Below the pieces are notes generated by a model, which had not been told where the DNA came from, searched no databases, and saw only the letters and a program-made list of their open reading frames with translations. A stretch of 64,000 nt of DNA from Neoconidiobolus thromboides FSU 785 (Eukaryota > Fungi > Entomophthoromycota): positions 11,459-75,458 of the forward strand of contig MU626363.1 of the NCBI GenBank assembly GCA_025603075.1, given 5' to 3'. Numbering within the stretch: position 1 is the stretch's first letter; the number at the start of each line of letters is the position of its first letter. Position numbers and translations under genes: made by a program. This document shows positions 10,955 to 23,790 of this stretch, in pieces.

Positions 10955-12298
10955 ACTTCACCTATTATACTCTATGCTTTATAAAATAGCTTAATTATAT
11001 ATATTATATTTTAGATTGGTATTTTTGTTTTACTGTTTTGTAGTCTATTAAATATCTTTTACTAGTATTTATATACTCTAAGGTATTTCAAACATAAATA
11101 ATTTGCGATTTGGTATTCTATTATTCAATAACGTTTAAAGCTAACAAAATAAAAAACTTAATAGATTGGACCACTTTATTTGGATAGATATACAACTTGA
11201 GATTCAAATTAACTCAACGAAATAGATCTACGTGCAAGTTTATTCTCATGTAATTTGCTTCTACAATCTCTTCATAACTTCCCATTAAATCTAGATATTA
11301 AATAGTCTAGTATCCCGTATGATCTATAAATACCATTTATTTGAGAATTACTAAAAGGGCTTTTTTCCAACGATTCTTTCAAGTTTTTTATTTTATTATA
11401 GTAAATTTTCCTAGTTTTTTATATTGACTTTATATTAATGTATACATATTCTAGGTCCTATTTGTATAACAACTATCTGAGTAGAGATTGTATTTGAATT
11501 CTATTATGCACTGAATAATTGGGTGATTCATGAATAGAAAAGGCTATATATAATTTTAGTAAGTAATAGAGTGCTAATTGAGCTGATAAATTAGTCAATT
11601 TTAACTATAATAATTTAATGTGTTAATATTTAAGTTATCTATTGATATGAAGTAACAATATTTGTTCATAAATTAGCAATTCAATATAAATCAAAAACTA
11701 GTTTTAGTATGAAAAAAGGGAAAACTATATAAACTAACTTTACTATAGTTATTAATTATTAATTATAACATATTATGATTCACATATATTGTTTTAGTGC
11801 TTTTTCCCATGAACATTGTATTTAATCATTTTGGAAACGTAAGAATATATTAATTTATTGTAATAAGTTCATTTAAAAACTATATATCTTACTAAAAGAT
11901 GAGCATCCCGAATGGACATATTTCTTGTTTTATATTATCTATTTTTGAAAATCAATCAATTATATCATTTTAATATCTATAATTAATTGTTTCTCATAAA
12001 CTAATTGTACAATTCGAATTTAGCAATTCTCCCAAACCTTATGACAATTTCATTTCGTATAAATAGTAATAATCAATTAATTATATAATGATTAAAAGTG
12101 GTAATTTGATTATTGAATAGTCAAAAATAAATGAATTGTTTAATTGCTTACTAAATATAGTAAGTGAAATAATATTTTTATATAATTAATTATTGAACAA
12201 AAAATTACTAATAATATCAAAATGTATAAAATATATAAAATATACAACTCTAAATTTAAATTTATAAAAGTTTTATTTAAAAATATTCAATAAATAGC

Positions 12299-12802
12299 AT
12301 GAGCTACCACAGTTTGATTAATTTATTCTTAATTATATCTCTAATAAAACAAGCTATCCCATTTCCACTTACCAACGCCAATGTAAATACTCCCTTACTA
12401 AACAACCAAAAAATAAATTTCAATCCAGTGTACTATATCCAAAGGCTAGACAAAAGAAATCAAGGATCAGAAATTTCAGTCAATAAAAATATAGCATTAA
12501 GTAATACCACGGATATCACTCCATCAACAATTAATGTACCATTGATTACAGGAATTACCCTTGGATTAATAGTATTGGTAGTCCTTGGTTTTATGATCAT
12601 ATTTACCATATACAGAAGGCAATCAAGGATAAAGGAGGAAGCAGATCCTCAAAATGATGATATACCGTTGATTCAGGAAAATAAAACAAATATGAATAGT
12701 TTTATTAATTTGTATGAAACAAAGGAAAGATATTCTACAATTTTTGGCTACTATCAAGGGGACGAGATCTCTAAGTTGGAAAAAGCACAAGTAAAAACTT
12801 AA
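12299..12802 (+). CDS. small single-pass type I membrane protein, unknown function
   Basis: Signal-peptide-like N-terminus, possible Kex2 site (LDKR), TM segment LITGITLGLIVLVVLGFMIIFTIY followed by RRQSR. Confidence 0.7.
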   Translation: MSYHSLINLFLIISLIKQAIPFPLTNANVNTPLLNNQKINFNPVYYIQRLDKRNQGSEISVNKNIALSNTTDITPSTINVPLITGITLGLIVLVVLGFMIIFTIYRRQSRIKEEADPQNDDIPLIQENKTNMNSFINLYETKERYSTIFGYYQGDEISKLEKAQVKT

Positions 12803-13239
12803 TTAATAATATAGTTGCTTTCTGATTAGTTTCTTTCTACTTGCTTACAATTTGACTATTTTTAAGTACTCCTAAAGCTTCTTTGGTCTTATTATAAGAA
12901 TCAAGATTAAAACAAGAAAATAATAGCCAACTGTTATTCTTAGGAATAAGAGCTATTCTTTGTATTGATTTTATTGTTTAGTTGGATCTATCTACCTAAT
13001 TAGTACTCACATTTCAAAATGCAAGAAATAAATTAATAATTAATCTATCCTTTCGCCCATTTATTGTATCTACTATACTATCGTTCATCTTGTATTCCTT
13101 CGTATTAAACCAGAACTAAAAAGTACTGAAAACTCCTAATAAAAACAACTAATAAATAAATTTTCAATGGGAATGCACTATAGGCGAGGGTCTTTTTTTT
13201 GTAGCAATTTTTAGACAAGAAAAATTCCAACCAAAAAAA

Positions 13240-13335
13240 ACACTTCCATTTTTTGGTTTTATTGTTTTTTCCATCTTTTAAGCACTATTTGAGCGAAAAA
13301 ATTAGCAAAATTCTTAAACACAGAAATACATTCCC
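13240..13335 (-). mobile_element. MITE family A copy, left end lost or degenerate
   Basis: TTTTCCATCTTTTAAGCACTATTTGAGCGAAAAAATTAGCAAAATTCTTAAACACAGAAATACATTCCC. Confidence 0.7.
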
Positions 13336-13895
13336 AAATAGTGATCAAATTAAAAGCCTCTTTATCTACTTTTAACAGACAATCGATATACCCAGATTTT
13401 CAACTAAAATGCTATAATAAACATTATCAAGGATTAAAATTCAATATTATTATCAGGATCAATATTAAGGCTGAATAGTCTAGTCTTAGACTAGGCTCAT
13501 TTAAGGTCTTCTTATTTATTTATTTATTAGCAACTTTTTCTGAAAATTTATTCGTCATTGAAAATTTTGAAAGAAGGAAGACCCTGCTCAAAGGTCCATT
13601 TCCCCCCTCCCCCAAAAATCTTAGTAGATAGCTAAATCTGAGATTAAATTTTTTCGAAACAGATTCTCCACTTTTTAGCCGAAAATCTGTTGACCAATAG
13701 GGATAAAAATTAACAGATTGAAGAACTAAAATGATTGGAAATAAAAAATAAAGGACAAATCAAATTGTTGAATGAAGAAAATTTCAATTTAATAATCCAA
13801 AAAACTCATATTATTTTTTTAATTACTTACTATTTAATAAAACTATTAATAATAATAATCATTTTTAATATTATAACTGCTTACTAGTTAGAAAA

Positions 13896-15020
13896 ATGAA
13901 ATTGAAATATAGAAGGATTAAACCTGCTATTTATCATTTAAACAAAATACGAAGCAATTCAACATTGTCCACCATTGACAAGGCATATTTTACTTTATCC
14001 CCATTTTATAAAGCAAGCAGGAATCCGATAGTTCTATGTCATGGTAAGTAGGTATAAAAAATATGTTAAGTTATTAACCCAGATTTTAGGCCTATATGGT
14101 TATGATAAAATAGCATTTGAAAATTTCCCTTATTTACAAATTAATTATTGGCAAGGGATCGCAGAATCACTAAAACAGTTAGGGAATGAAGTTATCATTG
14201 CAAAGGTACCAAGGTAATTAACAATTTGATTTAATATTACTATTATAAATAGTTTTATTTATTAATCAAGTTTAGAACGGGGAGTATTGAGGAGAGAACG
14301 AACCAATTAAATTTATTTTTAGAAAGGGTAGTGTCCGATAGAGAAGTTAATATTATTGGGCACAGTATGGGTGGGTTAGATGGTAGATATTTGATAAGTA
14401 AAGTAAAGAACAAAAAATATAAAGTATTGAGTTTGAGTACAATATCTACCCCACATTATGGATCTCAATTTATGGATTGGTGTCAAGAAAACTTAAATTT
14501 AGGGAGAAAGAAGAAAGAAAATGAAAACCCAATCTATACGGACATAAATACAAACCGGCCTTTACTTAATAAATTACTGGTTAACCTGGATGCCCCCGCT
14601 TACTATCATTTAACTACTGATTACTGTAAAAACATTTTTAATCCTAATACCCCGAACTGTAATGATGTGAAATATTTTTCATACAACGCTTATATTGAAA
14701 AAATGAATAAATTCGCTTTACTATATTTACCATGGAGCATTATCAAAGAAAGAGCCGGAAAGAATGATGGTATAGTGGCACTCAACTCTTCAGTATGGGG
14801 TGAGCATGTAGAAACAGTGGAAGCTAGCCACTTTGACTTGGTATCAAGATATCGTTGGATTTATGCTTTTTTATCACTTTTGGGTTTCCAGGATCCAAGA
14901 TATCATCATAATCCAAAACTTCCTTTGCCTAAGTCTTTGTTTTTAAACCCTAGTCCAAATTTAGACACCATTGAGTTTTATTTGAGAATTTCTAATTTTT
15001 TGTATTCGAAAGGGTTTTAA
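13896..15020 (+). CDS. triacylglycerol lipase, TGL2/lipase-2-like alpha/beta hydrolase, paralog A (3 exons)
   Basis: ATG at 13896; introns 14044-14089 and 14214-14275; PIVLCHGLYG, GHSMGGLDGRY nucleophile elbow, TPHYGS, NDGIV, SHFDL. Confidence 0.9.
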
Positions 15021-17841
15021 ACATTAGCTTGTTTGATATTCCCCTTTCTTTTGTTTGCTTTAGTATAAAAAGTCTACCTTTTATAATAGATTATATGTTT
15101 CTTTTACTTTTTAAATACAATCTATTTACTGGTAGTACTAACGAAAATAAAATCTAAATCATAATAAAGCCTTATTATATCAAATTTAGTTAAAAAATAT
15201 GCTGACCTATTTTTAAACTAGCATTAACTTGAGCAGCAGCATAGACCTCCGATTACCTACCATGTATGTATGTTTTTGTATTAGTAAATGCACATCCTTA
15301 ACATACCAATGCATCAACTACGAAATATGACTATATAGTAGTTAACCTATACTTATTAATTTAAAGGCACACAATACACCAATCGGGGAAAAATTCAATA
15401 ATGGTAGAAGTCATAATTATTTTAATGGATTGAGGATTGTTTAGAGCATTAATGTAAAGTTCCAAAAACAAAACTAATAATGACCAAATGAGTAAACTCC
15501 ATTTTGTTTCAACTAATAAGGTTTATATAACCAAGTTTTAAAGTTAATGAATAATTATAATCTTTATATAGTAAAAAACACTTGAAGAAATTATTAATCT
15601 ATATTGGCTTAAAAGCTATTGCTTTGAGATTTACTATTGGATATACAGAGTCACATAGCTACAATATGCTATTTATAACTTTACAATTTAAAGAAACCTT
15701 ACTCAACATACTAGCATAAAGAAGGATCGCGGCCTAATAGCTAAGGGATTTGGTACGGATCAAGCGAGTCCTAGAGGAACCATTTTCAATTCTTTTTCCA
15801 TGCTGCTAGAAATATGGTTTAAAAAAACTATGCACTCTGTAATATTTTAGTTGGGTTTAATCATTTTAGAAAGAATGTTAAATATTAAATTTTGATACTT
15901 GTGTTAATTGAATTCACATTTTTAAGAAGGAAGATTAAATTTCGAATTTTCTACTTCAAGAAAATACTTGAAAAATACTTGTCTAAAGAGCGTTTACCAG
16001 TTCAAAGTATCAGGCACATACTGTCTAAAAAAACAAGTAAATAACAGTTAAAAAATATTAGATTATTAGCAGTTGAAGGAATAATTCGACCAAAGAAACT
16101 TTCAGCAAGATTATTTTCCCCCTTTTGGGATAGCCCTTTATAAAAATAAAGTTTTTAGCGAATTTAGATTAATATATTACATAATATAAGTGAATGGACT
16201 ATTATAAGCTGGAAAACTAAAATTATAGCTTTTTACAAATTTACAAAGTATTTCTAAGATTCTGGGCTGATTCTCTGGTATGTTATGCTATCCATCCTTT
16301 CAGGTATACTTTATTAAATTCTACAAAAATAATTCGGTCCAATTCTGAATTTGTAAAATGGACGCAGTTCTCTAATATATATAGACTATTATTAATAAAA
16401 TTAATTGTTTTAATAACGGCATTCAAATTTGAATTTTTTTAAAATCGCCAATTTACAGAATTAAGTTTTTGTCAAATTTAGTCTAAATAATAATTTTTAA
16501 AACAGTTTACCGCAATTCATAAAAGTTGAATAATTACAATATAGTGTGTGTAGTCAAAAATATATAACCTCATCATGATTTTTAGTTATAGTATAAATAG
16601 AGGACAAGCTAGAATATTTAACTAGATGACAACAACTATGATTGGTTTTAATTTTATAAAAAAAGCCAGACTTAATATAAATGCCCATAATTGTTCTGGA
16701 AATGTTCAATATAGTAAACTTCTCATTTTAGAGAGCTTTTGTTTAATAATAAGGTCTTACTGTTGTTTATGTAGTTTTAAAAATGAGGTTGAAGTTTCTT
16801 CTTTATTGAATTAATGGTAAGTCAAGGTTAATTTATTATGATTCAAATAAGATCGATCCTTTATTAACGCTTGCTTATAAAGTACTTTAACATCTCGGAT
16901 TTAAATCCGATTCCTATTTTGATAATTTTTTAAAACAAATTTAATTTTTAACTTTTAATTTTTTAAAATAGCGGATTTATATTACACATAGTAGTTTACT
17001 TATTAATAATATATATTAATATCTGTTTTTAAAAATTTGGTTTTAATCTAAAGATTATTATTTTAATGACTATATTTTATTCTTTAAAGCTAATAACACA
17101 CATCCCCATTAAATCAATCTGATTGCTTCAAAGCACCGAGTAAAAACAAATTTCATTTAAATTTGTAATTTTTAGCTATTAATTTAGGTCATAAAATCAT
17201 AAAATCATAATAAATAAAAATATATTAAAGTTAATCAATTTTTATTTGAGAAAATCCGCACCTCGTTTTATATCACTCTAATTTTATTGAATTCCCCTAT
17301 TTACTTTATTACCCTGTTGCGCCTAACTTATTGTATTGAAACTTGCACTAAAACTCTACTGCTTTTTTAGAATAGACATAACAGTGGCTTGATACACAAT
17401 AAAATGAAATGTAATACAAAGATAAAAGTAAGTTGAAGTAGCATACTATATAGATATTTCTTTGACAATACTAAAAATTTGTTTTTGGTTTCGCGTCTGG
17501 TCCCACTCCCGTTCAGGTCTGTCTATCCAAATATAAATACTTTTTGGCTAAAGAATTTTCGTTTATTCAAATTTAAATAGCACAAATGGATTATATATAA
17601 GAAACTTTCGATCTCTCTATAATTTATGAGAACTTACATCTTATTTTCTTTCAATTTGTAGTTAGCTCCCTTTACTGACCTTAACAAATACTATTTAGAT
17701 ACGTAAAGTCTAAGCGTTTTGATACAGTGTCATTTGAATCATTTTCATAAAGAAAGAGATTAGTTGTATTTAATATTACACCAAAATGAAAGTTATAGAG
17801 CTTTTATAATAATAGAGTACTATTGGATATAAAATACAAAT

Positions 17842-17939
17842 GGGGATGTATTTTTTATTTGAGGATTTTACTGATAGTCTTTGCACTCGAATAATGCTTA
17901 AGATATGGAAAAAGTGATGAAGTCAAGAAAAATATCCCT
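17842..17939 (+). mobile_element. MITE family A copy, diverged
   Basis: GGGGATGTATTTTTT...ATATCCCT; flanks AAAT/AAAC. Confidence 0.75.
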
Positions 17940-18040
17940 AAACATTAAAGCTGAGTACTATACAAAATTTTATTTTTTATAAAAAAAATGCAATAATTTA
18001 AATGCAATATATAATAAAAATACAGCCAAATCTAATCTGA

Positions 18041-18880
18041 TTATTCTTCGATTATAGTAGTAGGCGAATAAATCAGATTATCCCTCATAATGATATTAGC
18101 GATTTCTCTTGACCTTTGACATCTTTTCGATTTTAAGTGGCGGTTATAAATATCCGCTCTATAAAAGCTTTTATTACAGGCATGGCAAACATAAGGGCGT
18201 TGAGAAGTATGGGTGAATAGATGTCTTTTAAGGGAATTTTTACGCGAAAACGAAGCCTTACATTCCAGACAATTAAATCGATCATTAGGATCATGACATG
18301 ATTGAATTAAAGTTTGATTTACAGCCTTTTGATAGTGGCCATTTAACAAGCTAAGTTGAATATGGCTTTGATTTAAACTTGTTAAATTCGAGTTGGTCTC
18401 AAAATTAGGAGAACTAGTTTTTAATAAGCGAGAGTTATCATGAAATGGATTAAACATGGTCGTTTCTACCACCGAAAAACTACGGTTCCTTCTTCCTCCT
18501 CGTTGAGTTAAAAGATTTTTATTTAAAGAAGATTCATTCATCAATGAATTGTAGGGTTTAAACGTAGATGGAATCGATATAGAATTTTGACTCGATTTAG
18601 GAGATGCTGGTGAGCTTTTAGCTAAACTTATTGGGGTGTTTAAATAATATTCAGATACAGAACCACGTCTGCGCTGTGGTACTCCACTAGGGATCGTTGG
18701 TCCAACAATATCCTTTAAAGAAGGTAATTTTGTATGATAGGGTGAAGAGTATGGAGGGGTATTAGAAATAGGGGAGTTTGGTGGTAATAGGCCATTAGAA
18801 ACAACGGGCAATTTCAGGTAATTGTTAGTAGCTGGTTCAGCAGATGTGTTTAAACCTAACTCTGTATTATGGAGTGACAT
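18041..18880 (-). CDS. C2H2 zinc-finger transcription factor (two fingers)
   Basis: FNCLECKASFSRKNSLKRHLFTH-TSQRPYVCHACNKSFYRADIYNRHLKSKRC; S/P/N-rich N-terminus with PKA-type RRGS and RNRS sites. Confidence 0.9.
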   Translation of the reverse strand: MSLHNTELGLNTSAEPATNNYLKLPVVSNGLLPPNSPISNTPPYSSPYHTKLPSLKDIVGPTIPSGVPQRRRGSVSEYYLNTPISLAKSSPASPKSSQNSISIPSTFKPYNSLMNESSLNKNLLTQRGGRRNRSFSVVETTMFNPFHDNSRLLKTSSPNFETNSNLTSLNQSHIQLSLLNGHYQKAVNQTLIQSCHDPNDRFNCLECKASFSRKNSLKRHLFTHTSQRPYVCHACNKSFYRADIYNRHLKSKRCQRSREIANIIMRDNLIYSPTTIIEE

Positions 18881-20765
18881 TTATTTTCAGACAAAAATTA
18901 GTTTTAAAAAATTAAAATAAAAATTGTCTGGACTTGAGTAATTTATAGTATTTTATAGTGGCTTAAGTTTAAAATAGCTATTAATTTTGAAATTGTGGTT
19001 GAAGTTATGCAAGTTATCCTACACCTTTTAACTTCAAGTGCATGATAATTACCCCTTAGCTTTTTCAACTTCAAGTTTACAATTCTTTGAAAATCTAAAT
19101 TTATAAATTTATGCCTTCAAGTTCTGTACGTTGATTGGTGTAAATAAAGAGTAAAAGCTAAATTCAATCCCTTTTGACTGAAAATGATAAAGAGAATAAA
19201 ATTGTGGTTCATACATTGGAGAGAAATAAGAAAGCTAAAAAAGACTTGTAATAAAAAGTGTGTAAAAAAGTTAAATCAATTTCACCTTATGATGACGCAT
19301 TATAGTTTCGTTTCAAAGAAATGAGATAAGCCATTACTTAAAATAATAGTTTATGGAGGTAAAACCAGCTGTATTAGTAAATAATTTGTATTAAATCAAG
19401 TTAGACCTTATATTGAAAGCCTCATAGCAGATAGAACTAAGAACCACTAATTGAGATCATTTTTCAGGAGAATAATACAGGAAAGGAAAATAGGGATTTA
19501 AAAAAACAAATTTAACTTCAACTTAAGTCATACTAAATATAAAATAAATAAATAAAATAAGGACTCATAAGAGTAATATTTAATGAAATCGTTATTCATA
19601 TAATGATAACATTTTCTTTTTAAATTTAAAGACTTAAAATACAACAATAAAACAGATTTTAAAGTGACTAAGTGAGTATATTTTAATGTAATTTTAATTT
19701 ATTATTACTATTTATAGTAGATCGTAAATTACTACATTCTAGCTTTTTTTTATTAACTTAACGTTTTTTTATTATTAATTATCCCAGGTACTAAAAAATG
19801 AAGTATCATTATAAGCTTATATATTGATAATAAAACTTAAACAATGATAATAAACTTTAATTCGTGCAGTTTTGTATATTTAAAATTAACCTTATTATGG
19901 TGAAAAAACTTTGATGGTATTTTCGTATTAAAAAATAATTTATGACCATTATTTCAATTGCTGTTGTTTATTTGAAGAACAATGACTAAAACTATGCTAC
20001 ATAATGTTTGCTAAATTGTATAAAAGATATTAGTTATACATTATAGGCCATTAGTTGAGAATAGTATAAAAAAACTCGTACATTTGAAATCATTTTATTT
20101 ACCATTTATTAATATAATAGTTGGTAATATTAATAATATTAGCTATACCAATCAATTTGAGAATAAAAACTATGTTATGCCGAGTTGATAGTAAATACTC
20201 ATTGTTTATAAAAAATTATGTATGTTTCCTGAAACATCTTTGATTAATTTAGCTAAAATAATTGACATAGTTGAGAATTGTATAAAAATTTACACATTTT
20301 AACTTCATTTATTATTTTTCATTATTTTACTAGTGTTATAGCCTATTAGATGGTTGAGAATAAAATTCACTTTATGCTAAGGTAATGATAAATGAATAAG
20401 ACATATTAATATTGAACCTAAGTTTTTGTGAAATTTATTAAATAGTATCGATAGAACAATGTAAAATATTCAATGTATATTATATTTGGTACTTTATTAA
20501 CTTAATGCACTGTATTTGAGTTTAAATATCATCTTAAAAGATATATAAACAGCTGAATGTCTTAACAAGCATTTTTGCCAAGTTTTATATAGTTTTAATA
20601 ATTGCTTTATAAGTTCTATTCTTAAAGCTATTTATATCGAAATGTTCTTGCAGTTCAAAAATAATATTAAGTCTACTTATATTTGCTTTAATATAAAATT
20701 CAAAAGCTGTAGGGCAAGCATAAGCGCTTGACAAACCCAGCACTAAAAGTGGTATTAATAATTAT

Positions 20766-21641
20766 TCATTTTAATTGTAATTCTAAATTTTCTTTTTTCA
20801 TAGTTTTTTGAATCCATGGAAGGTAGCTTCTGACTTTAGCATAAGTACCAGGAACACCAGGTTCTGCGCATTTTATCCCATTGGAAACAACACCTACAAT
20901 TGAATATTGCCCATCTTCGTCTGACTTCATTAAGGGACCACCAGAATCTCCTTGACACGCATCTTTTCCTCCTTCTTTAGTACCAGCGCATATAGAAAAC
21001 TTCTCGTCCAAAGAAGGCCATGTTTTTTTACATGTTTTCGTATCAATAATTTTAAGACTAACCTTTAACAAGGAATTTGACATTTGACCTTCAAACTTAG
21101 TATGTCCCCAACCAGCAACGATAAAAGATTCATCTTTATAATTCTCTTCAATATCGCTAATTTTTGGTACAATTTTCCCATCTTTAACTTCTTCTTTTAA
21201 TATAAAAATACCAATATCATCTAATAATTCAATTCCCTTTTCGCTATAATTCCCATGTTTGATTGTTTTCAAAACTTTGTATTCTTCTCCATCAACCCCA
21301 TCCAGATCATTTTTTCCATACCCAATGTACAAATCTTCCATTTCATACTTATCTGATATACAATGTGCTGCTGTCAAGACTACTTTCTCATGAATCAAAG
21401 TACCACCACACATATGTCCACTATATTGATTTCCAATTGATACTAGCCATGGAAATTCACTTTTGTTTGCTTTTACTCCTCCCACTATTCTACCATCTGA
21501 TGTGTTTGGATTATCAGTTAGACTCTGCTGAATTGTTTCAAGACTTGGCTTAACCTTTGCGTACCCTCTTGGGTCAACTCGATTTAGTTTACTTAGACAT
21601 CTGGTAGCTAAAGCACTTGCAATTATCTTTATTAGCCGCAT
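20766..21641 (-). CDS. trypsin-like serine protease (S1A), intronless
   Basis: R|IVGG activation site, TAAHC, DDIGIF, DACQGDSGGP (Asp in the S1 pocket), PGTYAKV. Confidence 0.95.
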   Translation of the reverse strand: MRLIKIIASALATRCLSKLNRVDPRGYAKVKPSLETIQQSLTDNPNTSDGRIVGGVKANKSEFPWLVSIGNQYSGHMCGGTLIHEKVVLTAAHCISDKYEMEDLYIGYGKNDLDGVDGEEYKVLKTIKHGNYSEKGIELLDDIGIFILKEEVKDGKIVPKISDIEENYKDESFIVAGWGHTKFEGQMSNSLLKVSLKIIDTKTCKKTWPSLDEKFSICAGTKEGGKDACQGDSGGPLMKSDEDGQYSIVGVVSNGIKCAEPGVPGTYAKVRSYLPWIQKTMKKENLELQLK

Positions 21642-22063
21642 AAAAGAAAAGTAAATCCTTTTTGTTTCTTTTAGTTTAATCTATTATGTTACTACATAAT
21701 TCTTTTAATTTATTAATTCTTTTAGATTTTTACCATTTTTATAATTTTTGTGCTTTTTAATTTAGTTTCCAAACATTGTAAACAAGCTGGTAGATTAACT
21801 GAGTGAGTATGAATAAAATAGCAAAACCAATTAACTTTATGTTTCACCCTTATATTTTTCTCATTATTCTACTCTATTTTTTGTTCTACCTTAAATATGA
21901 ATGTTTTGAGCAAAAAGCATTTTTAATAAAAGGGACATAAGCAAGAATAAGAATCCTTTACTAAAATCGCTTCCAGTCTAAATACTTCATTTGATTCCAG
22001 TAACCTTTTGTTTGAAACTATATTCGTCCTTTAATATAATTAATAAGTGCTCCTCCAGCATAT

Positions 22064-22105
22064 GAGGCATTTTTTTCGGTTTTCATCACTTTTCCCATTT
22101 TTTAA
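22064..22105 (-). mobile_element. MITE family A half copy (right arm only)
   Basis: GAGGCATTTTTTTCGGTTTTCATCACTTTTCCCATTTTTTAA. Confidence 0.5.
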
Positions 22106-22477
22106 CTAAATAAGAATAAAAATAATTTTTTATAAAATACGTGCTTATGTTGGGTTTATTAACCTAAGTAAAGTTTTTCAATTTGACACATATTAAAAAT
22201 TATAGAAATGTAGCAGTATGTTAATGAAAACTGTATAATGAATTGACATTGTTATTGAAAGATTAAGTTAAAATTAAAACTATTAAATTTTATCACTTTT
22301 TCGTATATCAAAAACAAAAAATTTTCAATAAATTAATATAATAGAATATAAACTTTACACTTTATTGTAAAAATATACGTAGTAGAAAAACTCAATTAAG
22401 AAACTCTAGTACTTCAACTTATGTAAAGTTTTTAATATAAATATGCATACAGTGGTATATGTTTGCATGAAGTTTAT

Positions 22478-22574
22478 GGGGATGTATTTTTGTGTTTAAG
22501 GATTTTACTAATAATTTTTCTGCTCAAATGGCGCTTAAAAGGTGGAAAAAGCAATGAAACCAAAAAACATCCCC
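22478..22574 (+). mobile_element. MITE family A copy
   Basis: GGGGATGTATTTTTG...CAAAAAACATCCCC; flanks TTAT/ATTT (not matching). Confidence 0.85.
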
Positions 22575-23307
22575 ATTTATTAATAAATATCTAAACAATC
22601 ATATTTCAAATAGGTTATCAAGTTTAATATGATATGAAACTTAACTAACATTTAGCTTTTTTACACAATTTGTTAAGTACTATTGACAATTAGAATCGTT
22701 TTCTACTTTAACTATTTTATATTAGACTAAAGATTTTAATTAAGTATTGATGTTAATACTAATTTACTCAATCTCTTAATTTAATTACATAAACCTAGAT
22801 CCAAACTTTATGATTTTTTTATGGTCAAATATCACTATTATAATTTTATATTAATATCTGGTATTATACTGAATTTACTTTAAAGCTATCATACTTTCAT
22901 GAAAAATAATTCACTAAACAAAGCCATAAAGAAATGGTAGCCTTTATACAAGCATGTTAAATGTATTGAGTACTATCCAGCTAATTTTGTTAAATCGGAC
23001 ATTTAAAAAAGGTCAAAAAGCTATAATATATCAAATCTTGATATAGGATTTGATCCAATATTTAATACAAAGAAAACAATATTACGAATCAATACTAAGA
23101 ATATTTATACTCCATTTATGACGGAATTTTTTAATTTGATTTATCTTCAGTTAACCATGAATATTCTTAAATTGTATAATATTAGGGAATGATCTAAGTA
23201 CTATAACGAAGTTTTATCTAAAATCAGACCTTCGGCTTATTTTTAATATTTTTTTAAAAATGTGCTTAAATGATTTCTAGCACTACACGATTCAAAAAAC
23301 ACTATAT

Positions 23308-23406
23308 GGGAATGTATTTTTGTATTCAAGAATTTTACTAACAATTTTTCCACTCAAATAGTGCTTAAAAGATCGAAAAAATGCTGAAACTAAAAAAAAC
23401 ATCCCC
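23308..23406 (+). mobile_element. MITE family A copy
   Basis: GGGAATGTATTTTTG...AAAAAAAACATCCCC; ATAT on both flanks. Confidence 0.85.
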
Positions 23407-23790
23407 ATATAAATATTTTTTGGCTATATCATAAAGATATCTCAGTATTTTAATATTAATTGTATAGTTTATATCAAATTTGTGTAAAAAATTACTATAT
23501 GTCAAAATCTTAATAATGAGTTTTTTAAAACTAAAGTTATCTTATTGTATTCGTTTATACAATAAATAAATAGCATGAATTATTAATAGAATGATCGAAG
23601 CTAAAATAAATTGAAAGTAAATAAAAACTAGATTACTAATATAAATTTCTAACTTATGTAAATCAAATTTAGTGTGACAATTCATTGTAAATAAATTCAA
23701 ACATACAAATAATTTCTAATTGTAATCATACAAGTATATAAAGGCAATGAATTCAGTTTTCAACTTGAATAGTTAAATGTTATTTTAAAC

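Noticed and set aside
15930-16145. Frame with one stop (FRIFYFKK...LFSPFWDSPL), possible pseudogene remnant
   Set aside because: No recognisable homology; could be chance in AT-rich DNA.
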